Positions 50,935-63,521 of a stretch of 64,000 nucleotides of DNA are shown here, in pieces. Both the position numbers and the translations under genes were made by a program. Numbering within the stretch: position 1 is the first letter of the stretch; the number at the start of each line of letters is the position of its first letter. The stretch is from Octopus sinensis (taxonomy: Eukaryota): assembly GCF_006345805.1 (NCBI RefSeq), contig NW_021834236.1:1-64000 (forward strand), written 5' to 3'. The notes below the pieces were generated by a model. The model was given only the letters and a program-made list of their open reading frames with translations, did not search any database and had not been told where the DNA came from.

Positions 50935-51330
50935 GACTGCGACCATGCTGCGACCATACTGGGGCATAGCATAGACAAATTTTTGTCGAATAAATAGACC
51001 CCAGGACTTAGAGTTTTTGAATCTGACATTTATTCTCTCGGTCTGTTTTGTCGAACCTCTAAGTTACGGGGACGTAACCGTGCCGACACAGGTTGTGAAG
51101 AGGTGGTGACTTACAAACACAGAGAGACACACACGCACACACACACAAATACAAGCACAAAATCACACACACACATACAAAGGGCTTCTGTCCCGTCTAT
51201 CAAATCCTTTCAGAAGGCATTGGTCCCCCCGCGGCTATAGTAGAAGCCACTTGACCAAGGTGATACGCATCGGGGATGAACGTGGAACCATGTGATTGGC
51301 AAGTAAACTTCTTATCACATAGCCACACCT
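50935..51330 (-). mobile_element. Decayed family B SINE
   Basis: GACCATGCTG...AAGTTACGGGGACGTAA...GGCTATAGTAGAAG.CACTTG.CCAAGGTG. Confidence 0.75.
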
Positions 51331-51650
51331 ACTAACAAAAGATTACTAACAAAAGGGTTACTCAGAAGAGAAAGTACAGGGCTTTCATTAGCGTCTCAAA
51401 GATTGTGGGTAAAACAATCGGGTAACTATAAAAATCTTCACTGAATTCTTGCGCCAAAGTGGACTCTGTTAAAGGCCAATCTGTGTCAGGTTAAATATAA
51501 ATTGGTTTTAGATATTGGCACAAGCTCAGCAAATCCAGGGGAGGGTTAAATATGTTGTACTAACTCCAGTATTCAACTGGTACTTAATTATCGGTAGTGA
51601 AAGTATAAAGGTGCTTATCCAAGCTGACATGCTGAGCACTGGGGAAGATT

Positions 51651-51859
51651 TTTACATTATTTACATTCGACGGATATTTGTCCTCATCTTGTTTGTTGTT
51701 AACACAACATTTCGGCTGATATACCCTCCAGCCTTCATCAGGTGTCTTGGGGAAATTTCGAACCTGGGTTCTCATTCCTAAGGTATTTTTTGATGTTGCT
51801 ATTATTATTATTATCATCATTGCTGCTTTTGTTATTATTATTATTGTTGTTGTTACTAA

Positions 51860-51890
<31 letters not shown>

Positions 51891-52018
51891 GTTGTTGTTG
51901 TTGTTACTATTATTATTATTATTATTGTTGTTGTTGTTACTATTATTATTATCATTATTATTATTATTATTTGTATTATTATTATTATTTTTATTATTAT
52001 TATTTTTTTTTTCTTCTT

Positions 52019-52049
<31 letters not shown>

Positions 52050-52155
52050 TTATTATTATTATTAATATTATTATTATTATTTATTCAGGTCACTGCTTGG
52101 AGTCGAAATCGGAATCCTGGGGTTAGAAGCCCGCGCTCTTAACCACTACGCCATA
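51651..52155 (-). mobile_element. Family D SINE: tRNA head, (AAT)n/(AAG)n spacer, hammerhead-bearing tail
   Basis: Head ATGGCGTAGTGGTTAAGAGCGCGGGCTTCTAACCCCAGGATTCCGATTTCGACTCC; tail matches 60737-60880. Confidence 0.8.
51701..51746 (-). ncRNA. Type I minimal hammerhead ribozyme motif (helix III loop variant AUGU)
   Basis: GACAC-CUGAUGA-A-GGCUG-GAGGGUAUAU-CAGCC-GAAA-UG-UU-GUGUU; stems I and II intact. Confidence 0.65.
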
Positions 52156-52207
52156 GAACTGTACTGGGTAGATGTAATCGAGTGATATTCATATACGGAA
52201 ACACAAT

Positions 52208-52250
<43 letters not shown>

Positions 52251-53699
52251 AGAGAGAGAGAGAGAGCGAGAAAGAGAGAGAATGAGAGAGAAGGGGGTAG
52301 GTAGAGAGAGGAGAGAGAAGAGAGAGAATAGGGGTAACAAGAGTAACATTCAAACGTCTGATGACAAATAGTTAGGGGTGGTTTCAAAGACGCCAAATAA
52401 GCGGAACCAAAACGGCTGTTCCAAAAATATCTCATACTCTTATGCTCCACCACAAGCTTCTGCCCGGTTCACAAGCACCAGACTTCGTTCACCCGTAACT
52501 ACAATCAGATTAAAATCTCAAAAATAAAACTGAAAAAACAAACAAACCCAAAAGCAAAACAATGGAATCTGAAATTACTTGAAAATTACTCAAGCATAGA
52601 AATTTTGTATGATTTTGTTTAATATTTTCTTTGATATTCCAGCGAGGATTCGCTCAGGAAATCATTATCTAAAGTATTATTCTGAAGAAGAAATTAAAGA
52701 ATTTTGTTTTATTTACGTGGTATATTTTAAAGGAAATCTTGTCTAGATTCGCTCTGATTTAAAGTGTCAATAATTTAACGTTTTCAGTAAAATTTTCTTT
52801 GATTTGTATAAATATTTAAACGTGTATTCAATAAAGTGAGCTAAAATTCTTTCCCTCTTTGGTTTATTCATTATTATCGATTTCAGAAATATTCTGATAT
52901 ACATTAAAATTGTGGCGAAATGAATAGTGTAAACTATCGATTACGTAAGACGCACACCGCTTTTGCACATGCGCACACATAAACATGTACACCCATCCAT
53001 CCATCAATCTATCCATCCATTCATCTATTCATGTATGTATGCATGTATGTGTGCGTGCGTGCATGTGCATGTGTCTGTGTGTATGTATACATGTATATAC
53101 TTGGATCTACATACATGCTGCATACGTGTACATATATATGCGCAGAAAAATATATGCATATAAATATGTATATGCATATATATATATGCATATATATATG
53201 TATATGTATGTATGTAAATATATATATATATATGTATGTTTGTGTGTGTGTGTGAGTGTATGTATGCATATATATGTATATATATATATATATATATATA
53301 CATACATACATACATATATATACATACACGTATACACACAGATATAAATGTACATATAAATGTATATAAATTAAAAGTTTACACAGACATATGTACATAT
53401 GTATGTCAGTTTATCTGTATCCGCATATATTTTATATATTCCAAATGCACATACGTACATACATAAACACATACATACATACATAAACACATACATAAAT
53501 ACATACATAAATACATACATAAATACATACATACATAGATACATATATACATACATGCATACATATATTCATACATATAAATTGTGTGTATGTCTATGTG
53601 TGTAAATGTGTGTAGTTTTGACGAATGGTTAATAAACTTACTTCGCAAACACGAAGTCTTTTACTGTGTAGTCTTTTACCGAAAAATCGATTTTCTATA

Positions 53700-54160
53700 A
53701 ACTCAGTTCCCACATCTCGAAGGATGATGCAAAAAGGTTACATCGACACCAGCACTTGATAGGTACTTTATTTATCAATCCCCATAGAATGAAAAGCACA
53801 GCTGGCCTCCGCAGGATTTTAACTCGAAATGTAAAAAATCCAAAGAAATACCATTAAGCATTTTGTCGAACCCCCAATGACTTTATCAGTCCACTACCTT
53901 AGTCCCATTAGGCCCTAAAGGGATCGCAATACAATTCGTCATTTTAAGGCGGCGAGCTTGTAGAGTGGTTACCATGTTGGGAAACATGCTTATTGGTCTT
54001 TCGTCCATTTTTACGTTCTGAGTTCAAATTCCGCCAAGGTCAACTTTGCCTTTCATCCTTTTGGGGTTGATAAAAAAAGTATTAGTTGAATACTGGGTTC
54101 GATGTAAGCGACTTACCCCTCCACTCGAAATTACTGTCCTTGTGCCAAAATTGAAGCAAA
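53700..54160. mobile_element. Head-to-head pair of decayed family A SINEs
   Basis: Minus copy about 53730-53900; plus copy starting AAGGCGGCGAGCTTGTAGAG at 53946. Confidence 0.7.
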
Positions 54161-54650
54161 TAAAATTTGTCTTTTCGTTGAAAAGTTTCGTTTCATTTTT
54201 CCCAGAATATCTTGTATCTACCAGAATATTGCACGTTGTTTATTGTCAGACCACGTGGCAGAAATTCATGGTGCCATACACTCTTCCGTCAAAATAGACG
54301 ATCGACCTTATCTGAATAATTCTCAGGTAAGTTTTATTGGACCCATCGCGGCGAGAAGGATCCGCCCCCAACTGGGGCGACTGTCAGATGTCTTGCTTTG
54401 AGATTGTGATGTCAGTGAAGCAATTACATCGTAGAAGAGACATTTTACAAAATTACAAACGAAGAAAATAACTTTTACTTTGCTTTTTTTATATTTCTTT
54501 CAAAATTCATTTTTATCTTGAAAGATTGGTTTTCTTTGTAATGATGATGGTGAGATTTGTTTTCAATTTTTTTACTTAGGTATAAAAGCTGCTAAAAAAT
54601 TATAATTTTCATTCATACTTTTGATTCTGTGTGTGTGTGTGTGTGTGTGT

Positions 54651-55140
54651 GTAGGAGCAAGCGTGGCTGCGTGGTAAATAGCTTGGTTCCCAACCACGTA
54701 GTTCCGTGTTCAGTCCCAATTGCGTTTGGTACCTTTGCCACTTTCGGCAAGTGCCTTTTACTATAGCCTCAAGGCGACCAGAGGCTTGTGAGTTGATTAG
54801 ACAGAAACTAAAGGAAACCTGTCGAACACACACAACACATACACACACACACGCACACACACCCACACATACACATGTGTATATATATATATATATATGT
54901 ATTTATATATGTGCATCAGTGTATGTGTGTCTTTGTGGCTAGGATTGTTCTTCATTATTGCTTGACAATCAACGTTAGTGTGTTTACGTCTACGTAACTT
55001 AGCAGTTCGGCAAAAGAGCCAATAAAATAAGTATTGGGCTTAGAAAAACAATGAGTGCTGGGGTCAAGCAAGCCGACAAAAAAATTTGTAAAGGTGGGGC
55101 CCCAGCGTGGCCGCAGTCTAATGACTGAAACAAGTGAAGG
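54651..55140 (+). mobile_element. Decayed family B SINE
   Basis: GTGGCTGCGTGGTAAATAGCTTG head, CCCAGCGTGGCCGCAGTCTAATGACTGAAACAAG tail. Confidence 0.78.
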
Positions 55141-55744
55141 ATAAAAAATATACACACACACAGACACTATGCATACACACACACACACACATATATATAC
55201 GCATATACATACATCTGTGCTCACACACACATGCATACAAAAACACACATACATGCAGACAAACATACACATAGAAAAACATACACGTTTGTACAAATTG
55301 TTTTTAAGAGTATATGGATAAATAAATTCAATAAAAACAGACACGGAATAGGAAAACCAAACACACAAAAAAAAAAAGAAAACTAAAGGAAAAAAAACAT
55401 ACATGAATAAATAAAATCTATAATTCTATATTTAAAATCGAAAGAAATGGAATCAAATATTGTAAATAAAATAAATTAAAACTGTTTTGAATAACAAAGT
55501 TTGGATGAAAAAATATGTATGATATGAAGTTAAAGAAAACACTTTATGATGATTGCATTTAAATACAAGTAATGGAATAAAAACTAAATTGTTATAGCCA
55601 GAGAACCAACACAAATAATAAACATTATAGTTTAAATGTAAATAAAACTTTAACGATGATATATTTTCTGAACTGTTTGAATATTATATGCGTACATACA
55701 TACAAATACATATATGTATGTGTATAGATATAGTTACCCCCCCC

Positions 55745-55782
<38 letters not shown>

Positions 55783-55899
55783 TAGATATATGTTTTGATA
55801 TGTATATATGCATATATATACACATATACATATATATATATATATATAGACACTTATGCACACATTCAGACACATTCACATATGCGCATACACATACAA

Positions 55900-55940
<41 letters not shown>

Positions 55941-56036
55941 TACAAATATAAACATACATTCATAAACATATTATTCACGTAGACATTCACATAAAACATT
56001 CATTCACACATACACATACTGTATAAATACTTACAT

Positions 56037-56070
<34 letters not shown>

Positions 56071-56632
56071 ACACGTATACACACACGCACACACACAGAG
56101 ACACATATTTTGGTTCGAAATGAAAATGTATAATGAATTGCTTTTAGTTTTTTATAGTCAATACAATGTTCTGTATAATGATTTTATGCGGTAATTTCTC
56201 TTTTAGTGAGCACTCTACTTATAAGTGTTAACGAATATACATTTTAGGCATTTTCTTTATATATGCACTTCTCTTCTACCCTTTGTAATTACGATATGAT
56301 TCGCTATAATCATATTTTAAGGATCGGTTCTTGAACTCAGCAATATACACTTAACTCTCTCTCTCTCTCTCTCCCTTTCTCACACACACACACGCACTCA
56401 CACATGCACACATGCGCAAGCACAAGTATAATGTGTTTGTTGTTGATTAATGTGTTGGTTGTAGTACTGAAGAAATAGCAAGAACTTCTGAAATATGTAT
56501 ATACACTCATTGCCTGTTCTGTATTAGATCGCTTTGTTTACAAAGTCGCATTCATATACGAAAGGTCGTAACTTTCAGTGTTGGCTCTAGTTTCTATCAA
56601 GAAAATTTGCAGAGATAATTTGAAAATGTGAA

Positions 56633-57019
56633 TAGGCGTAGGAGTGGGTGTGTGGTAAGTAGCTTGCTTACATGGTTCCGGGTTCAGTTTCACTGCGTGG
56701 CAGCTTGGGTAAGTGTCTTCTACTATAACCTCGGGCCGACCAAAGCTTGTGAGTGGATTTGATAGACGGAAACTGAAGTCGTATATGTATATATATATAT
56801 ATATGTGTGTGTGTCTGTGTTTGTCCCCCATAACATCGCTTGACAACTGATGTTGGTGTGTTTACGTCCCCGTAACTTAGCGGTTCGGCAAAAGTGACCG
56901 ATAGAATAAGTACTAGGCTCACAAAGAATAAGTCTTGGGGTTGATTTGCTCGACTAAAGGCGGTGCTCCAGCGTGGCCATAGTCAAATGACTGAAACAAG
57001 TAAAAGAGTAAAAGAGTAA
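56633..57019 (+). mobile_element. Family B SINE, near full length
   Basis: TAGGCGTAGGAGTGGGTGTGTGG head to GTAAAAGAGTAAAAGAGTAA tail. Confidence 0.88.
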
Positions 57020-57061
57020 TAGCACTGCGTTAGACAGGTGGAAAACAGTAGTCACTTTCTA

Positions 57062-57835
57062 CAGTAATCACTCGCCATATCGCGGTTCACCTATCGTGCT
57101 CTCAGAACATCATCGTTCACCTATCACGCCCTCAGTAACATTGCGCTTCACCTATCGCGCCCTCAGTACATCGTGGAAATTTCTGGCTACTATATGTAAA
57201 TTTATATCGCGGACGCCTCACTGTATCACGGATCTCAGCGGCCCCATAGGTATTTATATTTTTTATTATATTTAAATTATTTCTGTGGTAAAAAATTAAT
57301 AAATTAATAAATAAAAATAGAGTACAGTATTGCACTGTTTAACAAGAGTACTCAGACAGCACAAACCTCCGCCAATGTAACACCAACATCCTCTCAACTA
57401 TTAGCCTGAAATGATTTTAAAATTAAGACTCTCTGAAATAAACTCGACTGCTCTCATAAACGAGAATATTTAAAATAAACCCGACTGCTCTAAAAAATTA
57501 AGTAAAAAAAACAGGAAAAATACTCCAGAATCCTTGCCCAGTACCGGATCGATCCCGAATTCTAATCTGTTCGTGGCAGTTGCGAGGCCAAACATCACTG
57601 AAAGTTTCATCCAAATCTATCCAACGGTTCTTGAGATATCTTGTTCACGGAGAGACAAACACGAGTGAAAACAATACCTCCACCTTAGCGAAGGTGGAGG
57701 TAATAAAGTAAATATATACAAGTTATAAAAATAATAATAATAAATATAAAGCACAGTACTGTTTCTACTTCGCGGATTTTCACTTATCGCGGCGGGTTTG
57801 GGAACGTAACACCCGCGATAGTCGAGGGATTATTG
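57062..57835. mobile_element. pogo/Tigger-type MITE with TA TSD
   Basis: TA|CAGTAATCACTCGCCATATCGCGG ... CCCGCGATAGTCGAGGGATTATTG|TA; three ~31-bp subterminal repeats TTCACCTATC..GC.CTCAG. Confidence 0.82.
57339..57705 (+). mobile_element. Helentron-associated element (HINE-like) nested in the MITE
   Basis: 5' sub-TIR ACCTCCGCC (57365-57373) complementary to the 3' arm of the perfect 12-bp hairpin TACCTCCACCTT-AGCG-AAGGTGGAGGTA (57675-57702). Confidence 0.72.
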
Positions 57836-57850
57836 TAAGCCCTTAAATAT

Positions 57851-58117
57851 AAAGGGTAAGGACCCCCTTCCGAGGCACCGGGCAAGGTTCTTTACGGAAG
57901 ACCAGCAGTCACTCAGGCATACCAGCCTCATAACACGAAGGTTATCCAAGAGAAAGGCAAAAGGCCGATACATTTTGGCACCAGTAACGCTGCAACTTAT
58001 TTCTACAGATGAGAGAACTGAAGCAACGTGAAATAAAGAACACAACACACAGCCCAGTCCGGAAATCGAACTCACTACCTCAAGATTGTGATCCGGATGC
58101 TCTGAGCTATGCGCCTT
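57851..58117 (-). mobile_element. Family C SINE
   Basis: GGAAGACCAGCAGTC, AAAGGCAAAGGCCGATACA..TTGGCACC, GAAATCGAACTCACTACCTCA...ATGCGCCTT; homologous to 12620-12940. Confidence 0.78.
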
Positions 58118-58275
58118 AAATATTTTTTGTGGTATATTATGACTGCATAACGAAATACGGTGACCTTACTAGCAATTAATGCACACACATATATATGTGT
58201 GTATAGTGCATGTGTTTATTTGGTCAAGAAATTAAATGACCATCTCAAAATACAACAATATATATGTGTGTGTGT

Positions 58276-58306
<31 letters not shown>

Positions 58307-58317
58307 CGCGTATGTGC

Positions 58318-58352
<35 letters not shown>

Positions 58353-58356
58353 CACA

Positions 58357-58546
58357 CGAGGGGTGTTGGAAAGTTTCTGGCTTTGGGTAACAGAAAATAA
58401 GGGAAGATCAGTTAATTATGATTTATCCTCATTTATTGCAGCGGTCCTTCAGTTTTTCTAGACCATATAAAAGAACTCGGACGATTGGCCTTCCAGCCAG
58501 ACCTTTGCGACACCCTTAAAACCTGGTACTTTTTAGCACCTTCCTG
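58357..58546. mobile_element. Mariner-type MITE
   Basis: Imperfect TIRs CGAGGGGTGTTGGAAAGTTTCTGGCTTT / AAACCTGGTACTTTTTAGCACCTTCCTG, right TA intact, left CA. Confidence 0.65.
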
Positions 58547-59399
58547 TATATCTCAGTGTGTGAGATATTGCGAAGTAAGCGTGCTATAAATATCCCGAGA
58601 GCAATGCTCAAATTCGCTTTTAAACAAGTGATTCAATGCGCACATTAAATCTGAGATATGTAATTCAAGAAGGTCCACCATTTATGTTTGCATATATATT
58701 AAAAATGAATGTGATGCTGTAATGTTTACTCTATCGAAGTAATGAAAGTTACCCAATCCCAGCAATGTATCTTTCTGATGGTGTTTGCCTTTTGGTTTCT
58801 TGAGAATTTACTTGGAACTCAACGGCTGTCTGTCAGCTTGGAATATGGCCAACGAGTTTATTCCACTCTAGGAACTGCTGCAGAGTATGCATAATACATG
58901 AAACATCATTTTCATGTTGTATTAGTATAATATCCTGCAAAAACATAGCTATACTATTGATTTCCGTTGTATATACATGAAATATCAATCCATAAAAATG
59001 AAGACAGCAGAGTACCCAGTGGCATAACAGAGTGCGATAAATTTTGACTGTGTCGCTGTAAGAGATTATGATAATTAATAATTAAATATATCATTTAGAT
59101 GAATTAAAATTATACTTCATAGCTTCATATTCGTCTATCTGTCCGCATATCTGTGCCTAGCTATCAGTCCGTCTGTCTGTCTGTCTGTCTATCTGTCTGT
59201 TTCTCTGTCTGTCTGTTTGTCTGTCTCTCTTTCTCTAACCATCTCTGTCTCTCTGTCATTCCGTCTATCTGTGTGTGTATGCACGTGTGTTTGTGCGGGT
59301 TTCTGTATTTGTGTGTAATTGATCATAGCAATTTTCTCTGTAGTTTCAGATCCCAACTGAAGTGTGTGTGTGTGTGTGTGTGTATGTGTGTGTGTGTGT

Positions 59400-59437
<38 letters not shown>

Positions 59438-59949
59438 GAGAGACAGAGAGAGAGGAGTGAGAGAGAGAAACAGACAGACAGAGAGGAATGAGAGAGAGAA
59501 ACAGGCAGACAGAAAGAAAGAGAGAGAGAGAAAGAGAGAAGCAGAATAGGGTGAAAGACAGAAATAGTGAGTGAGAAAGTGTGGGAACGACAGAGAGAGA
59601 AAGGAAGAAAGAGAAAGCTAGAGGGAGAGAGAAAGAGATGGAGAGAGAGGGAGAGAGCGAGAGATAGTGATAGAGAGAGTGAAAGAGAAAGAGATAGAGA
59701 GAGAGGGAGAGAGAGAGAGAATTTGACAAGAACAGAGAAGCAATAATGAAATGCAGTCGGAAAAGAACGAAATATTTTATCGGAAGTCGCTGTGGACAGT
59801 GACATTTACGATGGAAAGAGCATGACCTGTACTCTAATTGATATGTCTGACGAGAATATGATTAAAATTGCAATAAAATTTGACTTAAATATAAATCATA
59901 ATTTAATCTTTATAATAATGCAACTGCTTAAATTGGTTAAAATATGATT

Positions 59950-60400
59950 TTCAAATTTTAACACAACGCCAGCAATTTATGGGGAGGGAATGAATTTATC
60001 ACATCGATAAATTAACTGGTATGTAGTTTAGTGATTAAATAGTATTAACTGGTATGTATTTTATCGATCTGGAAGGGGTGAAAGTCAAAGTCGACCTTAA
60101 CGGAATTTTAATTCAGATCGTAAAAATGGACGAAATGCCGCTAAAGTCCTTTGCCCGGCGCGCTTAAAACTCTGCCAGCTCGCCGCGTTAAATCTGCTAA
60201 AAATATTGGTTTCAAATTTTGGCACAAGGCCAGCAATTTATGGGGAGGAGTAAGTCGATTACATCGTCCTTAGTTCTCAACTGGGACTTACTTTATCGAC
60301 CTCGAGACGCTGAAAGACAGAGTTGGAATTTGAGCTCAGATCCTAAAGAGGGACGAAATGCTGTTAAGAATTTTGCTCGGATTTCTCACCGCATTAAATT
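59950..60400 (-). mobile_element. Two decayed family A SINEs in tandem
   Basis: Each begins TTTCAAATTTT..CACAA.GCCAGCAATTTATGGGGAG; first ends CTGCCAGCTCGCCGC. Confidence 0.7.
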
Positions 60401-60469
60401 GGCTAAAAATATTTTAAAACCGAATATTCAGAAATAATTATGCTTGTCATAACCAAAGTAATATTTAAG

Positions 60470-60683
60470 AGATGAGGAATTATGTACGTTATTTACATGA
60501 TTTACATTTGACAGATATTTGTTCTCATCTTGTTTGTTATTAAGACAACATTTCGGATGATATACCCTCCAGCCTTCATCACGTATCTTGGGGAATTATG
60601 CCCATGAGCATATAACATAGTGGTTGGAGCGCGGGCTACTAACTCCAAGATTCCGAGTCTGATTCCAAGCAGTGACCTAAATA

Positions 60684-60736
<53 letters not shown>

Positions 60737-60885
60737 CATCGAAAAATACCTTAGGAATGAGAACCCAGGTTCGAAATTACCCCAAGGCACCTGATGAAGG
60801 CTGGAGGCTATAACAGCCGAAACGTTGTATTAACAACAAACAAGATGGAAACAAATATCCGTCGAATGTAAATAATATGCAATGT
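60470..60885 (+). mobile_element. Family D SINE (60607-60885) preceded by an inverted copy of its own tail (60470-60598)
   Basis: Head CATAGTGGTTGGAGCGCGGGCTACTAACTCCAAGATTCCGAG, (AAT)n, tail; upstream segment is the reverse complement of the tail. Confidence 0.8.
60786..60831 (+). ncRNA. Type I minimal hammerhead ribozyme motif with intact catalytic core
   Basis: GGCAC-CUGAUGA-A-GGCUG-GAGGCUAUAA-CAGCC-GAAA-CG-UU-GUAUU; palindromic ACGU helix III; one C-A mismatch in stem I. Confidence 0.7.
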
Positions 60886-61520
60886 AATATTGTAAATAGT
60901 TCAGATCCTTCAAGAGAAATTTTCGTATTATTTTTGATAACGCTTTCATCAGTCTTTTCAAATAGTATTTTGTTACAAAACGACAGTCCTGAGTTCCTAA
61001 GTTCTTCCTTAACTGCTTGATTTGAGAAGTAATCGTTTGTGGTGGTTCAGAAACTCACTTTGCACGCACATGGTTCCGGGATTAGTTTCATGGAGCGGGA
61101 CCTGGAACAAGTGTCTTCTACTATATTCCCGAGTTGACTAGTGCTTTGTGAGTGAAGTTAGTGGGTGGAAGTCCATTGTATATGTGCAATTATATATATA
61201 TATTCATAGATGAAATAATGAAAGATTATCAATCCGGGCAAAATACTTCATGAGCTCTCTGTTGGCACACCAGGCAAGCAATATTATCTAGATAAGTGAA
61301 GAACTCAAAGCAATGGCTCTCATGAATGTAGTATTAATTCTCTTTGGTCGTTCAATTTAGTTCAATTGATCATTAGACCAATTGAGTAAGCCTATCAGTA
61401 ATGCACCTATAATGACTACTGGAAACAGCTGTAAGCAAAATTTGCTGCAATAAAGGAATTATATGTAGTGACCATTGTCTCTTATGCATACATACAAATA
61501 TATACCTATGTAAAATATAC

Positions 61521-61568
<48 letters not shown>

Positions 61569-61569
<1 letters not shown>

Positions 61570-61849
61570 TTGTTATATTTCGGAATGGTCATTTTGCCAG
61601 TTTAGCCCCTTCAGTGTTATTTATTTTTTACATTAATCTTAATCTTATTTCGGCAAGAGTTCTTTCGTCACACTCCTGTGACCGCATCAGTGGTCCTTTG
61701 TTTTCTTCTTTCTTATTTGTGTCTCTCCTTACTAACCGTCAACCATTTTGTAAAAAATAAATAACACTGAAGCAAAGTAACACCAAATATATAGTGCGTG
61801 TGTTTTTATTGGCTAAACTGGCAAAATGACCATTCCGAAATATAACAAT
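61569..61849. repeat. Nested perfect inverted repeat (39-bp and 24-bp arms)
   Basis: 61569-61607 pairs with 61811-61849; 61609-61632 pairs with 61749-61772. Confidence 0.92.
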
Positions 61850-61887
61850 ATCTGTTTCAACACACGGCTTCACATAAAAAATCTTGC

Positions 61888-61955
<68 letters not shown>

Positions 61956-62405
61956 TGCGAGTGTCCGGTAGAATAAGTGCCAGATGTAAAAATGAGTTGT
62001 TCGACTAATCTTATCAAGGTTGTGCTCCAGTATGGCCGCAGTCCCATGACTGAAGTAAGTGAAAGTGAAAACACAATATATAAAGATGAAGCTAGAAATC
62101 TGTGGTGGGGGTAGAGGTGATAGTAAATTAAATCGATCTTAATATTTGGCTGTCAGGTTTTTTTCATCGACCCCACCCCGACGGGAGGATGAAAGGAAAC
62201 AGCTAACCTCTTTTGCATTTGAACCTAGAACGTAATGCACGAAAATTAAACACCACAACGCCTGTTGTTCAACACTTCAATGATTATCTCAGTCTTACAG
62301 CCCTGAAGAGCCAGAACTACAGAGCATTTTACCTCCCGAGTTCAATCTTGCTGAGAACATACTATCGGGTCTTCTTCCGAGAGTTGAAAAGAATATTATA
62401 TTAAC

Positions 62406-62770
62406 TTTTACGTTCTGAGTTCAAATTCCGCCGGGGTCGACTTCGCCTTTCATCCTTTCGAGGTCGATAAATTAAGTACCAGTTACGCACTGGGTTCGAT
62501 CTAATCGACTTAATCCCTTTGTCTGTCCTTGTTTGTCCCCTCCATGTTTAGCCCTTAGTGGGCAATAAAGAAATAAGAAACGTTAGCATGCCGGGCGAAA
62601 TTCTTAGCGATATTTTGTCTGTCTTTACGTTCTTAGTTCAAATTTCGCCGAGTTCGACTTGCCTTTCATCCTTTCGGGGTCGATAAATTAAGTACCAGTT
62701 GCGTACCGGGGTCGATCTAGTCGACTGGCCACATCCCCCAAAATTTCAGACCTTGTGCCTAGAGTAGAAA
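62406..62770 (+). mobile_element. Family A SINE heterodimer, 5'-truncated
   Basis: Same AAAGAAATA.GAAACGTTAGCA junction and GTGCCTAGAGTAGAAA end as 17043-17474. Confidence 0.88.
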
Positions 62771-62924
62771 CGAATTATGTTTAATGCTGTAGCAAATCTT
62801 CAAACCAGCAGTCTGGTCTGAGAAATAGCTTCTCTTTCCCCTCATGCCAAACATAGAATAGACCAAGCCGAATGCTATGCCTTAGATTGCATCCACTGAG
62901 CAAGCCATCAGCTATTCTTTTATT

Positions 62925-63315
62925 CTCTTCTTTTTCTTGTTCAAGGCATTCGACTGCGGTCATGCTGGAGCACCGCCTTTAGTCGAACAAATCGACCCCA
63001 CAACTCATTCTTTGTAATCCTAGCACTTTATTCTATCGATTCTTTTGCCGATCCGCTATGTTACGGGAACGTAAACACACCAACAGCGGTTGTCAAGTGA
63101 AGATGGGGGAACAAACACAAATACACAAATACATGCATGCATATATATATATATATATATATATACCACATGCTTCTTTCAGTTTCTGTCTACCAAATAC
63201 ACTAATAAGGCTTCTGTCGGCCAGCGTTTATAGTGGAAAACACTTGCACAAGGTGCAATTAATGTTGACTCTTGCTTAAGAAGACGTTACTTGATGAATT
63301 TTGGAAAATCAAGCA
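62925..63315 (-). mobile_element. Family B SINE variant with non-standard 5' segment
   Basis: Same junction and 5' segment as 11791-12224. Confidence 0.75.
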
Positions 63316-63521
63316 TTTCTTTGTAGGCCTGGTACTTATTCAATGTGTTCTCTATTGCTGAACCGCTAAGTTACGGGGACGTATACTCACCAGCATCGGT
63401 TGACAAGTGATGGTGTGTGTGTGTGCGGGGAGGACAAGCAGAGACACACAGATACATATACATATATAGAAGGAACAAAGGCCAATTTCATAAGGCTTAA
63501 TTTGCCTCAATTCAAGCGAGT

